From the NCBI GenBank assembly GCA_964649985.1, contig CAZYQX010000014.1, positions 6,124 to 70,123 on the forward strand: a stretch of 64,000 nucleotides of DNA, written 5' to 3'. Position 1 is the stretch's first letter; each line of letters begins with the position of its first letter. The stretch is from an uncultured Pseudomonadales bacterium. GTDB taxonomy: Bacteria; Pseudomonadota; Gammaproteobacteria; Pseudomonadales; CAZYQX01. Shown here piece by piece: positions 43,502-54,052 of the stretch. The translations under genes and the position numbers were made by a program. The notes below the pieces were generated by a model. That model ran no database searches, was not told the origin of the DNA, and worked only from the letters and a program-made list of their open reading frames with translations.

Positions 43502-44488
43502 ATGGCACGCGTGGTGGCGGTTCTTTTATTGCTGATGGCGGTGGTGTCGGCGGTTGCATGGTACAAGCGCCCCGCCCCGAACGGCGGTGAGCTGGCGCTC
43601 TACGGCAATGTCGAGATCAGGCAAGTCAACCTCGGCTTCAATGTCGAGGGCCGGTTGGCCAGCATGCTGTTGGAGGAGGGGGACCAGGTGCGCCAAGGGC
43701 AAGCCATTGCCCGCATGGACACCGGTTACCTGCAGGATGCCGTGAGCATCGCCGATGGACGGGTGGCGGCGGCTGAGGCTCAGTTGGCCATGTTGCGCAC
43801 CGGCTCTCGCCCGCAGGAAATTGAACAGGCGCGAGCGGCGGTGAAATCTGCCGAGGCGGCCTACCAAGATGCGGAGCGCCATTTCGGCCGGGAGCTGGCG
43901 CTGTTCAAGCAGGGCGTCGCAGGTACCCGGGCCGGGGTCGACAGCGCAACAGCCGCTCGGGATCGCGCTCAGGCGGCGTTGGCGTCGGTGCGCGAACAAC
44001 TCGACCTGGCTCAGGTGGGCCCGCGGGACGAGCAGATTAAAGCGGCCGAAGCTCAGTTGCAGGCTGAGCGTGGCTTGCAGTCGCTGATGCAGCGGCGACT
44101 GCGGGATGCCGAGTTGTTCGCGCCGGCAGACGGCACCCTCCTCAGCCGGGTGCACGAGCCGGGCGAGGTGCTCGCGCCGGGGGCCACCGTTTATACCTTG
44201 GCCCTCAAATCGCCTCTTTGGGTGCGCGCCTTCGTCGGCGAGGCTCAGCTGGGCCGCGTGCGCGCTGGCCAGCAGGTGGAGGTGAGCTGCGATTCGGCGC
44301 CTGGTACGCGCTTCAAGGGGCAGGTAGGTTTTATCTCGCCCACTGCCGAATTCACGCCGAAAACGGTGGAAACCCCCGAATTGCGCACTGATCTGGTCTA
44401 TCGCTTGCGGGTGGTGATGGCGCCCGGCAGCGAGGAGGTGCTTCGTCAGGGCATGCCGGTGACAGTGCATGTGCCCGCCACCCGCTGA
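43502..44488 (+). CDS. HlyD-family membrane fusion protein (YbhG-like)
   Basis: N-terminal TM MARVVAVLLLLMAVVSAV, lipoyl-like hairpins and coiled coil (AEAQLAMLRTGSRPQEIEQARAAV), C-terminal beta-barrel. The ORF is also open from the GTG at 43484. Confidence 0.85.
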   Translation: MARVVAVLLLLMAVVSAVAWYKRPAPNGGELALYGNVEIRQVNLGFNVEGRLASMLLEEGDQVRQGQAIARMDTGYLQDAVSIADGRVAAAEAQLAMLRTGSRPQEIEQARAAVKSAEAAYQDAERHFGRELALFKQGVAGTRAGVDSATAARDRAQAALASVREQLDLAQVGPRDEQIKAAEAQLQAERGLQSLMQRRLRDAELFAPADGTLLSRVHEPGEVLAPGATVYTLALKSPLWVRAFVGEAQLGRVRAGQQVEVSCDSAPGTRFKGQVGFISPTAEFTPKTVETPELRTDLVYRLRVVMAPGSEEVLRQGMPVTVHVPATR

Positions 44489-46214
44489 GTTGCCGCTGGC
44501 CCGCCTGCAAGGGCTGGGCAAAGCTTTCCGCTCTGCCGCAGGCGATGTGCACGCCCTGCGCGGCGTGACAGCCGACATTGGCCCAGGAATTACGGGCCTG
44601 GTGGGGCCCGATGGCGCCGGCAAGACCACACTTTTGCGGCTACTGGCTGGGCTGCTGGCACCTGATACGGGTAGTGCCAGCGTGCTGGGTTGGGACAGCG
44701 TGCGCGACACCCGCGATATCCGTGCCTCGATTGGCTACATGCCGCAACGCTTCGGCCTGTATGAAGACCTCACGGTGATTGAGAACCTGAGGCTCTATGC
44801 GCGCTTGCGCGCGCTGCCCAAGCCCCTTTGGGCGGCTACCTTTGAGCGCCTGCTGGGCTTCACCGGCCTGGAGCATTTTACTGGTCGCCTGGCGGCCAAG
44901 CTGTCCGGGGGCATGAAGCAGAAGTTGGGCCTGGCCTGCGCCCTGATTCGCGAGCCCCGTCTGTTACTGTTGGATGAACCCAGCGTAGGGGTTGACCCCA
45001 TTTCCCGGTGTGAATTGTGGCGCATGGTGCGTGCACTAGTGGCCGACGGCATCGGTGTGGTGTGGAGCACCGCCTACCTGGATGAAGCCGAGCTATGTGA
45101 ACGCGTGCTGTTGCTTTACCAGGGCGAATTGCTGTTTGACGGTGTGCCCGCGGATTTCACTGCACAAGTCGCTGGACGCTCCTTCAGCCTGTGCGATCCG
45201 GCGCAGGACAAACGCCAGCTGGCGCGCAGGGCGATGCACGACCCACAGGTGCTCGATGTGGTGATTCAGGGCGATGCCCTGCGCATAGTCACGCGTCAAG
45301 CCACGCGGCCACCTGTGGTGGCGGCCTGGGGAGGGCAGGCGTCACTGAAGCCCTGCGCGCCGCGATTCGAGGACGCGGTGATCGCTTGTTTGAGGGAGCA
45401 GCGCGGGGTGCGTCCCGATGTCCAATCAAGCGCCATGCCGCTGGGGCGGGCGCGTGATCATGCCGGGCCGCCGGTGAGGGTTGAGAATCTGTGTCGGGAT
45501 TTCGGTGCGTTTCGCGCCGTCGATGATGTCAGCTTCAGCCTCGCACGCGGTGAAGTGTTTGGGCTCATCGGCCCGAATGGCGCAGGCAAGTCCACCGTGT
45601 TCAAAATGCTGTGTGGCCTGTTGCCTCCCAGCGCAGGTCGGGCCGAGGTGGTGGGTATCGATCTGGCGGATTCTCCCGCCGAGGCCCGGGCTCGGCTGGG
45701 TTATATGGCGCAGCGTTTCTCTCTCTATGCCGATCTCAGCGCGCTGGAGAATCTGCGCTTCTTCGCCGGCGCATATGGCTTGGACAAGCGGCAGAGCGAG
45801 CGCGCCATCCGCGAGGTGTCGGATTATCTTGAGTTGGCACCTTACTGGGCGATGACGGCCGCCGAGCTGCCGCTGGGTTTCAAACAACGGCTGGCGCTCG
45901 CCTGCGCGGTGATGCACCGCCCGGAGATCCTGTTTCTGGATGAGCCTACCTCCGGGGTGGACCCGCTCACCCGGCGGGATTTCTGGCAGCGTATCAACGA
46001 CATGGTGGGGCAGGGTGTCACGGTGCTGGTGACCACCCACTTCCTGGAAGAGGCAGAGTACTGCGATCGCATTGCCTTGATTTACCGAGGGCGCATGATA
46101 GCGCTGGGCAGGCCCGATGAGATAAAAGCGCGTTGTCCGCAGCCTGCGGCCACCCTGGAGGAGGCCTTCGTGCAGCTGGTGGCCCGCTTTGATCAGGGGG
46201 GCAGTCATGCTTAG
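44469..46214 (+). CDS. ABC transporter ATP-binding protein with two fused ATPase domains (YbhF-like)
   Basis: Two Walker A (GPDGAGKTT, GPNGAGKST), two signatures (LSGGMKQK, LPLGFKQR) and two Walker B (LLLLDEP, ILFLDEP). Confidence 0.9.
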   Translation: MCPPPAELPLARLQGLGKAFRSAAGDVHALRGVTADIGPGITGLVGPDGAGKTTLLRLLAGLLAPDTGSASVLGWDSVRDTRDIRASIGYMPQRFGLYEDLTVIENLRLYARLRALPKPLWAATFERLLGFTGLEHFTGRLAAKLSGGMKQKLGLACALIREPRLLLLDEPSVGVDPISRCELWRMVRALVADGIGVVWSTAYLDEAELCERVLLLYQGELLFDGVPADFTAQVAGRSFSLCDPAQDKRQLARRAMHDPQVLDVVIQGDALRIVTRQATRPPVVAAWGGQASLKPCAPRFEDAVIACLREQRGVRPDVQSSAMPLGRARDHAGPPVRVENLCRDFGAFRAVDDVSFSLARGEVFGLIGPNGAGKSTVFKMLCGLLPPSAGRAEVVGIDLADSPAEARARLGYMAQRFSLYADLSALENLRFFAGAYGLDKRQSERAIREVSDYLELAPYWAMTAAELPLGFKQRLALACAVMHRPEILFLDEPTSGVDPLTRRDFWQRINDMVGQGVTVLVTTHFLEEAEYCDRIALIYRGRMIALGRPDEIKARCPQPAATLEEAFVQLVARFDQGGSHA

Positions 46215-47469
46215 GGAATCGCTGAAGAACGCCTTCACCTCGCGCAAGCCCAGGCAAACGCTTGCGCAAGCGCGTGATCTGCCGGGGGCAAATGCGCATT
46301 TGCAGCCAGGTTCAGCACCGCCGGCGTGGCGGCAACGCGGTGTTCAGCGCTTCCTCAATGTAGGGCGCCTGGTGGCACTGGTCCACAAGGAGAGCTTACA
46401 GATCTTGAGGGACCCCTCCAGCCTGGTGGTGGCCTTCGTACTGCCTGCCATCCTGTTGATATTGTTCGGTTTCGGCGTCTCGCTGGATCTGCGCGAAGTG
46501 CGCATTGGTGTCGTCAATCAGAGCCGTGATGTCGCGGCGGAGAGCTTGGTCACAAGCCTGGAGCAGGCCAGTTTCTTCGCCGTGACGCGCTATCAGAGTC
46601 GGCAGCAGGCTCAGCAGGCGTTGCATGCCGGAGAGCTCAAGGCGCTGGTCGTGGTGGATGAGCGCTTTAGTGCCAAGTTGCGCAAAGGCGAGGGGGCTCC
46701 CCTGCAACTGCTGACGGATGGCACCGATGCCAACACCGCCCGTTTGCTGCAGGGCTATGTCGCAGGTGTGCTGGGCAACTGGGGCCGACAGGAACAGCAA
46801 CAGCTGGCGGTAGAGCCTGTTGAGCGCATTGAGCTTGAGGCGCGCATGTGGTTCAACCCCGCCCTCAAAAGCCGCTATTTCCTTGTGCCTGGGCTAATGG
46901 CCATGATCATGACCCTGGTGGGCACACTGATGACTGCCCTGGTGGTGGCCAGGGAGTGGGAGCGCGGCACCATGGAAGCATTGATGGCGACCCCGGTCAG
47001 TACCACCGAGCTGATGTTGGGGAAACTGTTGCCCTTTTATGTGCTCGGCATGGGCGGCATGTTGCTGATTACCTGGATGGCCATCTATGTCTTTGGGGTG
47101 CCTTTCCGTGGTTCTCTGGGGATGTTGCTGTTATCCGGCACGGTATTTCTGGTGGGGGCCCTGGCCTTGGGTTTGCTGGTGTCCACGTTGGCCCGAGATC
47201 AGTTCGTGGCCTCTCAGATAGCCCTGGTGGTGAGCACACTGCCGGCTTTTTTCCTGTCGGGATTCGTGTTCGAGCTGGATAGCGCCCCGGCGCCGATACA
47301 ATGGCTCAGCGTGATCATACCGGCAAAATATTTCATCAGAATCTTGCAGACCTTGTTCCTGGCGGGGGATGTGAGCGAGGTGATCTGGCGCAATCTGTTT
47401 GCTATGGGGGTCATCAGTGCTGGTCTGGTGCTGGCCACCATGGCGCTTACCCGCCGGCGGCTGGAGTGA
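46207..47469 (+). CDS. ABC-2 type transporter permease (YbhS-like)
   Basis: ABC-2 membrane domain with a large first periplasmic loop and six TM helices. The start overlaps the ATPase stop. Confidence 0.8.
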   Translation: MLRESLKNAFTSRKPRQTLAQARDLPGANAHLQPGSAPPAWRQRGVQRFLNVGRLVALVHKESLQILRDPSSLVVAFVLPAILLILFGFGVSLDLREVRIGVVNQSRDVAAESLVTSLEQASFFAVTRYQSRQQAQQALHAGELKALVVVDERFSAKLRKGEGAPLQLLTDGTDANTARLLQGYVAGVLGNWGRQEQQQLAVEPVERIELEARMWFNPALKSRYFLVPGLMAMIMTLVGTLMTALVVAREWERGTMEALMATPVSTTELMLGKLLPFYVLGMGGMLLITWMAIYVFGVPFRGSLGMLLLSGTVFLVGALALGLLVSTLARDQFVASQIALVVSTLPAFFLSGFVFELDSAPAPIQWLSVIIPAKYFIRILQTLFLAGDVSEVIWRNLFAMGVISAGLVLATMALTRRRLE

Positions 47470-47474
47470 GCCAG

Positions 47475-48584
47475 ATGTGGCGACTGATTGAGAGTTTGAT
47501 TATCAAGGAGCTGCTACTGCTGTGGCGGGATCGTCGCAGCCGGCTGGCGTTGCTGTTGCCACCGTTTATGCAGCTGTTTGTATTTTCCTATGCGGCGACC
47601 TACGACGTGACCAGCGCCACACTGGCGATTCTGAATCGCGATGGTGGCCAAGCCTCCCGGGAATTGGTCAGCCGGGTGGCGGGGGCGCCCTTGTTCAGGG
47701 GCGTGATTTACGCCCGCAGTGAAGCCGAGTTGCGCGCTTTAATCGATCAGCAGCACAGCGTTGTGGCGCTCTCCATCGATAGCCGCTTCAGCGCCGCCCT
47801 GGCCCGTGGCGAGCCTGCGCGGTTGCAGTTGTTGATGGATGGCCGCCGTTCGAATGCTGCCCAGATCCTGCAGGGCTATCTGCAGGCCATCGTCCAGCGC
47901 TATGGCGCCGAGATCGGGGTGCCCATGGTGCTGGCGGGGGCTGGCCCGTCCTTGACGACGCGTCACTGGTTCAATCCGCGCCTGGAGAGCCTGTGGGTTG
48001 TGGTGCCGGCGCTGGTGGGTATCCTCACCATGTTGATCACCATGATCATCGGCGCCATCTCGTTGGCGCGGGAGCGCGAGCTAGGCACCCTGGAGCAACT
48101 GTTGGTCACCCCCCTGCAACCCTGGCAGATCATGCTGGGCAAGTTGGTGCCCGCCGTGCTGGTGGGCATGATCGAGGGCGTGACGGTGACGTTGATCAGT
48201 CAAACCTGGTTTGGCGTGCCGTTGATCGGGCCGTTGTGGGTATTCTTCATCGGCCTGGCCTGTTTCATCTGGTCAGTGGTGGGGGTGGGGGTGTTCATCT
48301 CCATTTTCACGCGCACCCAGCAGCAGGCCCTGGTGGGGGTGATGCTGTTCACCATGCCCTGCGTGATACTGTCGGGCTTCATCGCTCCGGTGGAAAACAT
48401 GCCCGAGTGGTTGCAGTGGCTGACCATGGTCAATCCATTGCGCTATTTCTATCAGCTGGTGCATGGTGTCTTTCTGCGCGACGCGCCGTTGCTGGTGTTG
48501 TGGCACAGCCTGTGGCCGCTGCTGTTGATTGGCATGCTGACCTTGGCATTGGCCGCGCGGTATTTTCGTCGCAGGCTCTACTAG
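47475..48584 (+). CDS. ABC-2 type transporter permease (YbhR-like)
   Basis: Paralogue of the previous gene. MWRLIESLIIKELLLLWRDRRS start, 5 nt after the upstream stop. Confidence 0.8.
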   Translation: MWRLIESLIIKELLLLWRDRRSRLALLLPPFMQLFVFSYAATYDVTSATLAILNRDGGQASRELVSRVAGAPLFRGVIYARSEAELRALIDQQHSVVALSIDSRFSAALARGEPARLQLLMDGRRSNAAQILQGYLQAIVQRYGAEIGVPMVLAGAGPSLTTRHWFNPRLESLWVVVPALVGILTMLITMIIGAISLARERELGTLEQLLVTPLQPWQIMLGKLVPAVLVGMIEGVTVTLISQTWFGVPLIGPLWVFFIGLACFIWSVVGVGVFISIFTRTQQQALVGVMLFTMPCVILSGFIAPVENMPEWLQWLTMVNPLRYFYQLVHGVFLRDAPLLVLWHSLWPLLLIGMLTLALAARYFRRRLY

Positions 48585-48800
48585 GGAACGCCAGGGGCAT
48601 GCCATGACGGTATGCGGATGATGTTCAACACATCGTCATGATTGCGGCCATTCATCGTTTCGATCGCCACTTCTCACGGTCTTGTAACCACGATTGTGTC
48701 ATTCTGGCCCGTTCGGGCCTCACTGTGCACCATGCAAGAGCTTTTCAGTACTGCCTGCCCTTGTTACTCTAAGGCCGGTGTCACCAAGAATGATAACGAT

Positions 48801-49127
48801 ATGAAACAACGCACACGGAAATCTGCCGTCGTGTCACTCACGCTTATTGGCAGTGCACTCTCCGGCTGTTCTGATAATGCGGATCTCATCCGCGACGTCT
48901 ACAACGATTACGCCGACTGCATGGCGGAGTGGGGTGATAGCTCACTCTGCGAAGAGCAGCAGAGCGATATCGGCGGTGATGCGCGCACGGTCTTTTATGG
49001 CCCCCCTTACAAGCCGGGGCATCGCCCCGACTATGTACTGGGCTTTGGCAAGAGCATCGCCACTGAATCGGTGGAAAAGGCCGGCTTTGGCCAGACGGCC
49101 GAAACGCTGGATGTCGCGGGCGGCTGA
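48801..49127 (+). CDS. DUF1190-family lipoprotein (YgiB/YjfM-like)
   Basis: MKQRTRKSAVVSLTLIGSALSGC lipobox. Its position directly upstream of, and overlapping, a GSP-synthetase-like gene matches E. coli ygiBC. Confidence 0.65.
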   Translation: MKQRTRKSAVVSLTLIGSALSGCSDNADLIRDVYNDYADCMAEWGDSSLCEEQQSDIGGDARTVFYGPPYKPGHRPDYVLGFGKSIATESVEKAGFGQTAETLDVAGG

Positions 49128-50259
49128 GGTGATTCGCGAGCGCTTGATACCGCGCCAGGACTGGCAGCAACGCTGCGAGTCCCAGGGCTTCATGTTTCAC
49201 TCGGTGGGCGGCGTCTACTGGGATGAATCAGCCTGTTACCGCTTCGACAGCGCGCAGGTGGATCAACTCGAAGCAGCGGCCAACGATCTGCACCACTGCT
49301 GCCTGGAACTGGTCGAGCGGGTGGTGGCGGGTGGCCACTACGAGCGCTTTGCCATTCCCGAGTCGGCCATCGGGCTGATCGAAGCCTCCTGGCGCGCGGG
49401 TGAAGCGGCGCTCTACGGCCGCTTCGACTTCAGCTGGAATGGCCGCGGTGAGCCCAAATTGCTGGAGTACAACGCCGATACGCCGACTTCGCTGTTGGAA
49501 GCCAGCGTGGTGCAGTGGTTCTGGCTGCAAGACGTACAACCCGATGCCGATCAGTTCAACGGCATTCACGAACACTTGCTGGCGCGCTGGCAGGCCCTGG
49601 CCGCCGAGCGGGGGGCTGGGCCGGTCTATTTCACCAGTGTGCCCACCAGTGCCGAGGATTTCGGCAACATTGAATACATGCGCGACGTGGCGCTGCAGGC
49701 CGGCGTCGACGCGCGACACATTTTTGTGGATGATATCGGCTGGGATCGCCGGCAGCGCTGTTTTGTCGATGCAGAGGGCCAGCGCCTCGACTGGTTGGTG
49801 AAGCTCTACCCGTGGGAGTGGTTGATGCAGGAGCGCTTTGGCGAGCACTTGGCGCCTGCCAGGCCGCGCATTATCGAGCCCGCCTGGAAGATGCTGCTCT
49901 CCAACAAGGCGCTGCTGCCATTGCTGTGGCAGATGTTCCCGGGCCATCCCAATCTGTTGCCGGCGTCGTTTCGTGCCGAAGACATCCGCGGGGATTTTGT
50001 GCGCAAGCCGATCCTGTCGCGGGAAGGGGCCAATGTCACCGCGTTGTTTCAGGGCCATTGCTGGCAGACCAGCGGTGCCTATGGCGCCGAGGGCTTTGTT
50101 TACCAGGCGGCGGCACCGCTGCCCTGCCACGATGGCAATTACCCTGTGCTCGGGGTCTGGATGGTGGGTGATGCCGCCGCCGGCATGGGCATTCGGGAAG
50201 ATGACACACCCATAACGCGCAATACCAGCCGTTTTGTACCGCACTACTTTGTTCACTGA
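49111..50259 (+). CDS. Glutathionylspermidine synthase-like ATP-grasp protein (YgiC/YjfC family)
   Basis: RFDF..NG.PKLLEYNADTPTSLLEASVVQW.., KPILSREGANV, and the GxWMVGD pattern of the GSP-synth preATP-grasp family. Confidence 0.8.
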   Translation: MSRAAEVIRERLIPRQDWQQRCESQGFMFHSVGGVYWDESACYRFDSAQVDQLEAAANDLHHCCLELVERVVAGGHYERFAIPESAIGLIEASWRAGEAALYGRFDFSWNGRGEPKLLEYNADTPTSLLEASVVQWFWLQDVQPDADQFNGIHEHLLARWQALAAERGAGPVYFTSVPTSAEDFGNIEYMRDVALQAGVDARHIFVDDIGWDRRQRCFVDAEGQRLDWLVKLYPWEWLMQERFGEHLAPARPRIIEPAWKMLLSNKALLPLLWQMFPGHPNLLPASFRAEDIRGDFVRKPILSREGANVTALFQGHCWQTSGAYGAEGFVYQAAAPLPCHDGNYPVLGVWMVGDAAAGMGIREDDTPITRNTSRFVPHYFVH

Positions 50260-50276
50260 AAACTGGGGAAGACTCA

Positions 50277-50687
50277 ATGGAAAAGTTGGACGTATACCTG
50301 CAGACGCTGCCAATGTTCGCGGCCTATTTCGGCCTGGCGGTGGCGCTGTTCCTGGTATTCCTGATCATCTACATCCGGGTGACGCCCTACGATGAGTTTG
50401 ATCTGATCAAGGAGGGCAATACCGCGGCGGCCGCCAGCCTGTCGGGCTCGGTACTGGGCTTTATCGTGCCGCTCTCCAGCGTGGTGGCCAACAGCCTGGA
50501 TATCTACGACATGGCGCTGTGGGCCACGGTGGCGCTGTTTGTGCAGCTGCTGGCGTTCTTTGGTCTGCGCCTGGCCATGCCCACCATGCTGCAGGGCATT
50601 CCCCATGGCAATGTGGCTCAGGGGCTGATCGTCGGCATCATGTCTGTGGCGGCCGGCATCATCAACGCGGCGTGCATGTTCTATTGA
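50277..50687 (+). CDS. DUF350 (YjfL-like) membrane protein
   Basis: 136 aa with four hydrophobic helices. RVTPYDEFDLIKEGNTAAA motif. Confidence 0.7.
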   Translation: MEKLDVYLQTLPMFAAYFGLAVALFLVFLIIYIRVTPYDEFDLIKEGNTAAAASLSGSVLGFIVPLSSVVANSLDIYDMALWATVALFVQLLAFFGLRLAMPTMLQGIPHGNVAQGLIVGIMSVAAGIINAACMFY

Positions 50688-50725
50688 GGCGTTGAAGGAG
50701 GGCGAACCCCGCCCTCCTGCAACTG

Positions 50726-51181
50726 TCAGCGCGGCTCATCTTCGCCGTCAAGGCGCTTGAGGGTCTGCTTCAGCTTGCGCACCACCTCCCGGTAGCGGGC
50801 GGGGTCTTCGGCCTGGGCGTGCGCCAGCTGCTTCACAAAATCCTCCATGGCATCCCGCTCCAGGCGGTCGTTGTGGCGATGGGCCACCGCCTTGGCGGTT
50901 TGCTGCAGTTCCCGCAGCGCATGGAGGGCCTGGCGATCCTTGCTGTCGCCGGGTTCCGGCAGCTGTCGGCTGAGGGCGCTCACCGCCTCCAGAATCACGC
51001 TCAGCTGCTTGCCGTAACTGCCCACCTCTTTCAATACCGCCGATTCCACTTCTACGTCGCGCGGATTGCTGTTGAACACGATCTGCGGGCTGAAGAAGTG
51101 ATCCCAACGAGTGGCGGGGTTGTAATTGAAGTCGCGCAAGGACTGATTGAAGGCCGACAGCAGGTCGAACGGGCTGTTCAT
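50726..51181 (-). CDS. Hypothetical protein (helical, acidic C-terminus)
   Basis: 151 aa starting MNSPFDLLSAFNQ with a gggagga RBS. The longer 253-aa ORF form would overlap tag and has junk-like composition. I recognise no family. Confidence 0.5.
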   Translation of the reverse strand: MNSPFDLLSAFNQSLRDFNYNPATRWDHFFSPQIVFNSNPRDVEVESAVLKEVGSYGKQLSVILEAVSALSRQLPEPGDSKDRQALHALRELQQTAKAVAHRHNDRLERDAMEDFVKQLAHAQAEDPARYREVVRKLKQTLKRLDGEDEPR

Positions 51182-51252
51182 GAAACTATCCTCCCTGGAT
51201 GAGGTGACCCGGGCAGTATTGTCCCAACCTGCCTGCGTTGTCCACCGCGGCG

Positions 51253-51846
51253 TCAGCGGCGCGCCAGCGCGCTGCAGGCCGCGTGGCGGTGGCAGCTCAC
51301 CAGGTGGTCGTTCACCATGCCGGTAGCCTGCATGAAGGCATAGCAGATGGTGCTGCCCACGAAGCGGAAGCCGCGCGCCTTCAATGCCTTGCTCATGGCA
51401 TCCGAGGCGGGGGTACTCGCGGGCAGCTCCGCCAGGGTTTGCCAGTGGTTGACGATCGGTTGGCCGTCTACGAAGCGCCACAGCCACTGGCTGAAGTCCT
51501 CGCCGGCCTCGGTGAAGGCCAGATAGGCCCGCGCGTTGCCGATGGCGGCCTGTATTTTCAGCCGATTGCGCACGATGCCTGGGTCAGCCATCAGGCGTGC
51601 CACGTCGCGCTCGTCGAAGCCGGCCATGCGCGAGGCGTCAAATTGGGCGAAGGCCGCACGAAAGTTGTCGCGCTTGCGCAGAATGGTGATCCAGCTCAAG
51701 CCGGCCTGCATGCCCTCCAGAATCAGGAATTCGAACAGCGCATCGCTGTCGCGCAGGGGGACGCCCCACTCCTGATCGTGGTAGTGCTGGTAGAGTGGAT
51801 CGGTGCCGCACCAGGGGCAGCGCACGGGGGCGTTCATCGCTATCAT
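51253..51846 (-). CDS. tag: DNA-3-methyladenine glycosylase I
   Basis: RCPWCGTDPLYQHYHDQEWGVP and FEFLILEGMQAGLSWITILRKR are the Tag signature. Confidence 0.9.
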   Translation of the reverse strand: MIAMNAPVRCPWCGTDPLYQHYHDQEWGVPLRDSDALFEFLILEGMQAGLSWITILRKRDNFRAAFAQFDASRMAGFDERDVARLMADPGIVRNRLKIQAAIGNARAYLAFTEAGEDFSQWLWRFVDGQPIVNHWQTLAELPASTPASDAMSKALKARGFRFVGSTICYAFMQATGMVNDHLVSCHRHAACSALARR

Positions 51847-51876
51847 GTTCTCTTGAATCTTCGGCCGGATTAAAAC

Positions 51877-52632
51877 ATGCCACGAAAGCCTGTTGCCAGT
51901 GGGGCCCCCGAGCGCTCGGTGGGGGTGGCCAGGGCGCTGTCAAAGCTGGGGTATTGCTCGCGCAGCCAGGCGCAAGCGCTGGTGCAGGCGGGGCGCGTCA
52001 GTGTCAACGGCAAGCGCGTGTCCGACCCCGAATTCCGCACCCGCATGAGCCATGATCTGCTGCGGGTCGATGGCGAGCGGGTGCAGGCCCGCACGCCGCG
52101 TTATTACATGCTCAACAAACCGCGCGGGGTGGTGACCACCGCCAGCGACGAACACGGTCGGGATACCGTATATCGCTTCATCCCCGAGGGGCAGTGGCTG
52201 GCGCCGGTGGGCCGCCTGGACAAGGCCAGTGAGGGGCTGCTGCTGGTCAGCAATGACACCGAGTGGTCCAGCCGGGTATTGGACCCGGCCTCGCACCTGC
52301 CCAAGACCTATCACGTTCAAGTGGGGGGGCATCCCGCGCCGGCGTTGCTGGCGTCGATGCGGACGGGCTGTGTGGTGGATGGCGAGCCGCTCAAGGTGGT
52401 GACGGTGGCGGAGCTGCGCCGCGGCGAAAAAAACTGCTGGCTGGAAATCGTGCTGGATGAAGGGCGCAACCGGCACATTCGCCGCTTGCTGGAGGCCCTG
52501 GGGCTGGAGGTGACGCGGTTGGTGCGCATCGCCATTGGTGAATTGCAGCTGGGGGCGCTGGGCAAGGGCCAGCTGCGCCCACTGACGGCTGAAGAAGTGG
52601 CCTATCTGGCCCCGGGAGGGCGTTGTGAGTGA
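51877..52632 (+). CDS. rRNA pseudouridine synthase, RsuA/RluB/E/F family
   Basis: S4 domain plus canonical catalytic motif [21 protein letters not shown] and GRNRHIRR. Confidence 0.85.
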   Translation: MPRKPVASGAPERSVGVARALSKLGYCSRSQAQALVQAGRVSVNGKRVSDPEFRTRMSHDLLRVDGERVQARTPRYYMLNKPRGVVTTASDEHGRDTVYRFIPEGQWLAPVGRLDKASEGLLLVSNDTEWSSRVLDPASHLPKTYHVQVGGHPAPALLASMRTGCVVDGEPLKVVTVAELRRGEKNCWLEIVLDEGRNRHIRRLLEALGLEVTRLVRIAIGELQLGALGKGQLRPLTAEEVAYLAPGGRCE

Positions 52633-54052
52633 GGTTCAGCCCCTGTTTCTGGCAGGGCACGCGGTACAGACCGCGCAGGCGCTGCCTGTTCATGACAAAT
52701 TCAGCGGTGCCCTCATCGGCCAGGTGAGCCTGGCGAACCACGCGGTGCTGGAGCAGGCGGCCAGCGCGGCGGTGCGGGCGGCAGCGGCCATGGCCGCCAT
52801 GCCGATGTATCGCCGGCAGGAGGTGCTCTATCACTGCGTGGCAGAGTTCCAGCGGCGCGCGGAGCCGTTGGCCGAGCTGTTATGCGCGGAGGCCGGCAAG
52901 ACCCTGCGCGATGCCCGGGCAGAAGTGAGCCGGCTGATCGACACCTTCCGGCTGGCGGCCGAGGAAGCGCCACGCCTGCACGGCGAGGTGATGGCACTGG
53001 ATGTCTCCCCGCGCGGGGAGGGCTATCGCGGCATGTCGCGCCGGGTGCCGGTGGGGCCGTGTGCCTTTATCGCGCCGTTCAACTTCCCCCTCAATCTGGC
53101 GGCGCACAAGGTGGCGCCGGCCATTGCCACCGGCTGCCCCTTCGTGCTCAAACCCGCCAGCCTGACGCCCATGAGTGCCCTGGTGATGGGGGAGGTGTTG
53201 GCCGCTGCGGGCTTGCCCGAGGGGGCTTTTTCCATTCTGCCCAGCAGCCGGGAGGCGGCGGAGCTGCTGGTGGCGGACGAGCGCTTCAAGCTGCTGAGCT
53301 TCACCGGCTCGCCCCAGGTGGGGTGGCCGATGAAGCAGCGTGCCGGCAAGAAAAAGGTGGTGCTGGAGCTGGGCGGCAATGCGGCGGCCATCGTCGACGA
53401 GACCTTCCCGCTGGCGCCTGCCGTGGAGCGCTGTGCTTTCGGTGCCTTTTATCAATCCGGCCAGAGTTGTATCAGTGTGCAGCGCATTCTGGTGCACCGC
53501 TCGTGCTACGAGGTCTTCCGCACCGCGCTGGTGAGCCGGGCGCAGTCCATGACCCTGGGCGATCCCCGGCTGGAGCACACCCAACTGGGGCCACTGATCA
53601 GCGAAGCAGAGGCCGCCCGGGTGGCACAGTGGGTGGACGAGGCGGTGGCGGCGGGGGCCACGCTGCTGTGCGGTGGATACCGACAGGGTGTGATGATGCC
53701 GGCGACCGTGCTGGAAAATGTGCCCAAGCACTGTCGCTTGTATCGGGAAGAAGTGTTTGGCCCGGTATGTATATTGTCGCCTTTCGACGAGTTCGAGCAG
53801 GCACTGGCTGAAGTCAATGATTCGGCCTACGGGCTCCAGGCCGGGGTATTCACCCGTGACGTGCAGCGCGCCCACCAGGCCTGGGATCAGCTGGAAGTAG
53901 GTGGTGTGGTGATCGGCGACGTGCCTGCCTGGCGCGCCGACAATATGCCCTACGGCGGCGTGAAGGACAGTGGCCAGGGCCGGGAAGGGGTGCGCTACGC
54001 CATGGAGGACATGACGGAGCAGCGCTTGCTGGTGATCAAGCAATATCGCTAG
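52625..54052 (+). CDS. NAD(P)-dependent aldehyde dehydrogenase family protein
   Basis: 475 aa. [15 protein letters not shown] (catalytic Glu), [13 protein letters not shown] (catalytic Cys), EEVFGPV. GTG start overlapping the upstream stop. Confidence 0.85.
   Translation: MSEVQPLFLAGHAVQTAQALPVHDKFSGALIGQVSLANHAVLEQAASAAVRAAAAMAAMPMYRRQEVLYHCVAEFQRRAEPLAELLCAEAGKTLRDARAEVSRLIDTFRLAAEEAPRLHGEVMALDVSPRGEGYRGMSRRVPVGPCAFIAPFNFPLNLAAHKVAPAIATGCPFVLKPASLTPMSALVMGEVLAAAGLPEGAFSILPSSREAAELLVADERFKLLSFTGSPQVGWPMKQRAGKKKVVLELGGNAAAIVDETFPLAPAVERCAFGAFYQSGQSCISVQRILVHRSCYEVFRTALVSRAQSMTLGDPRLEHTQLGPLISEAEAARVAQWVDEAVAAGATLLCGGYRQGVMMPATVLENVPKHCRLYREEVFGPVCILSPFDEFEQALAEVNDSAYGLQAGVFTRDVQRAHQAWDQLEVGGVVIGDVPAWRADNMPYGGVKDSGQGREGVRYAMEDMTEQRLLVIKQYR

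Noticed and set aside
50697-50717. A bidirectional terminator between the DUF350 gene and the hypothetical gene.
   Set aside because: An 8-bp GC hairpin (ggagggcg-aaccc-cgccctcc) is present, but there is no U-tract on either strand, so it was not listed as a terminator feature.
51182-51487. The 253-aa form of the ORF 50726-51487.
   Set aside because: The upstream 102 codons overlap the well-supported tag gene in another frame and read as Arg/Pro/Gly-rich junk. An internal ATG at 51181 has a strong RBS.
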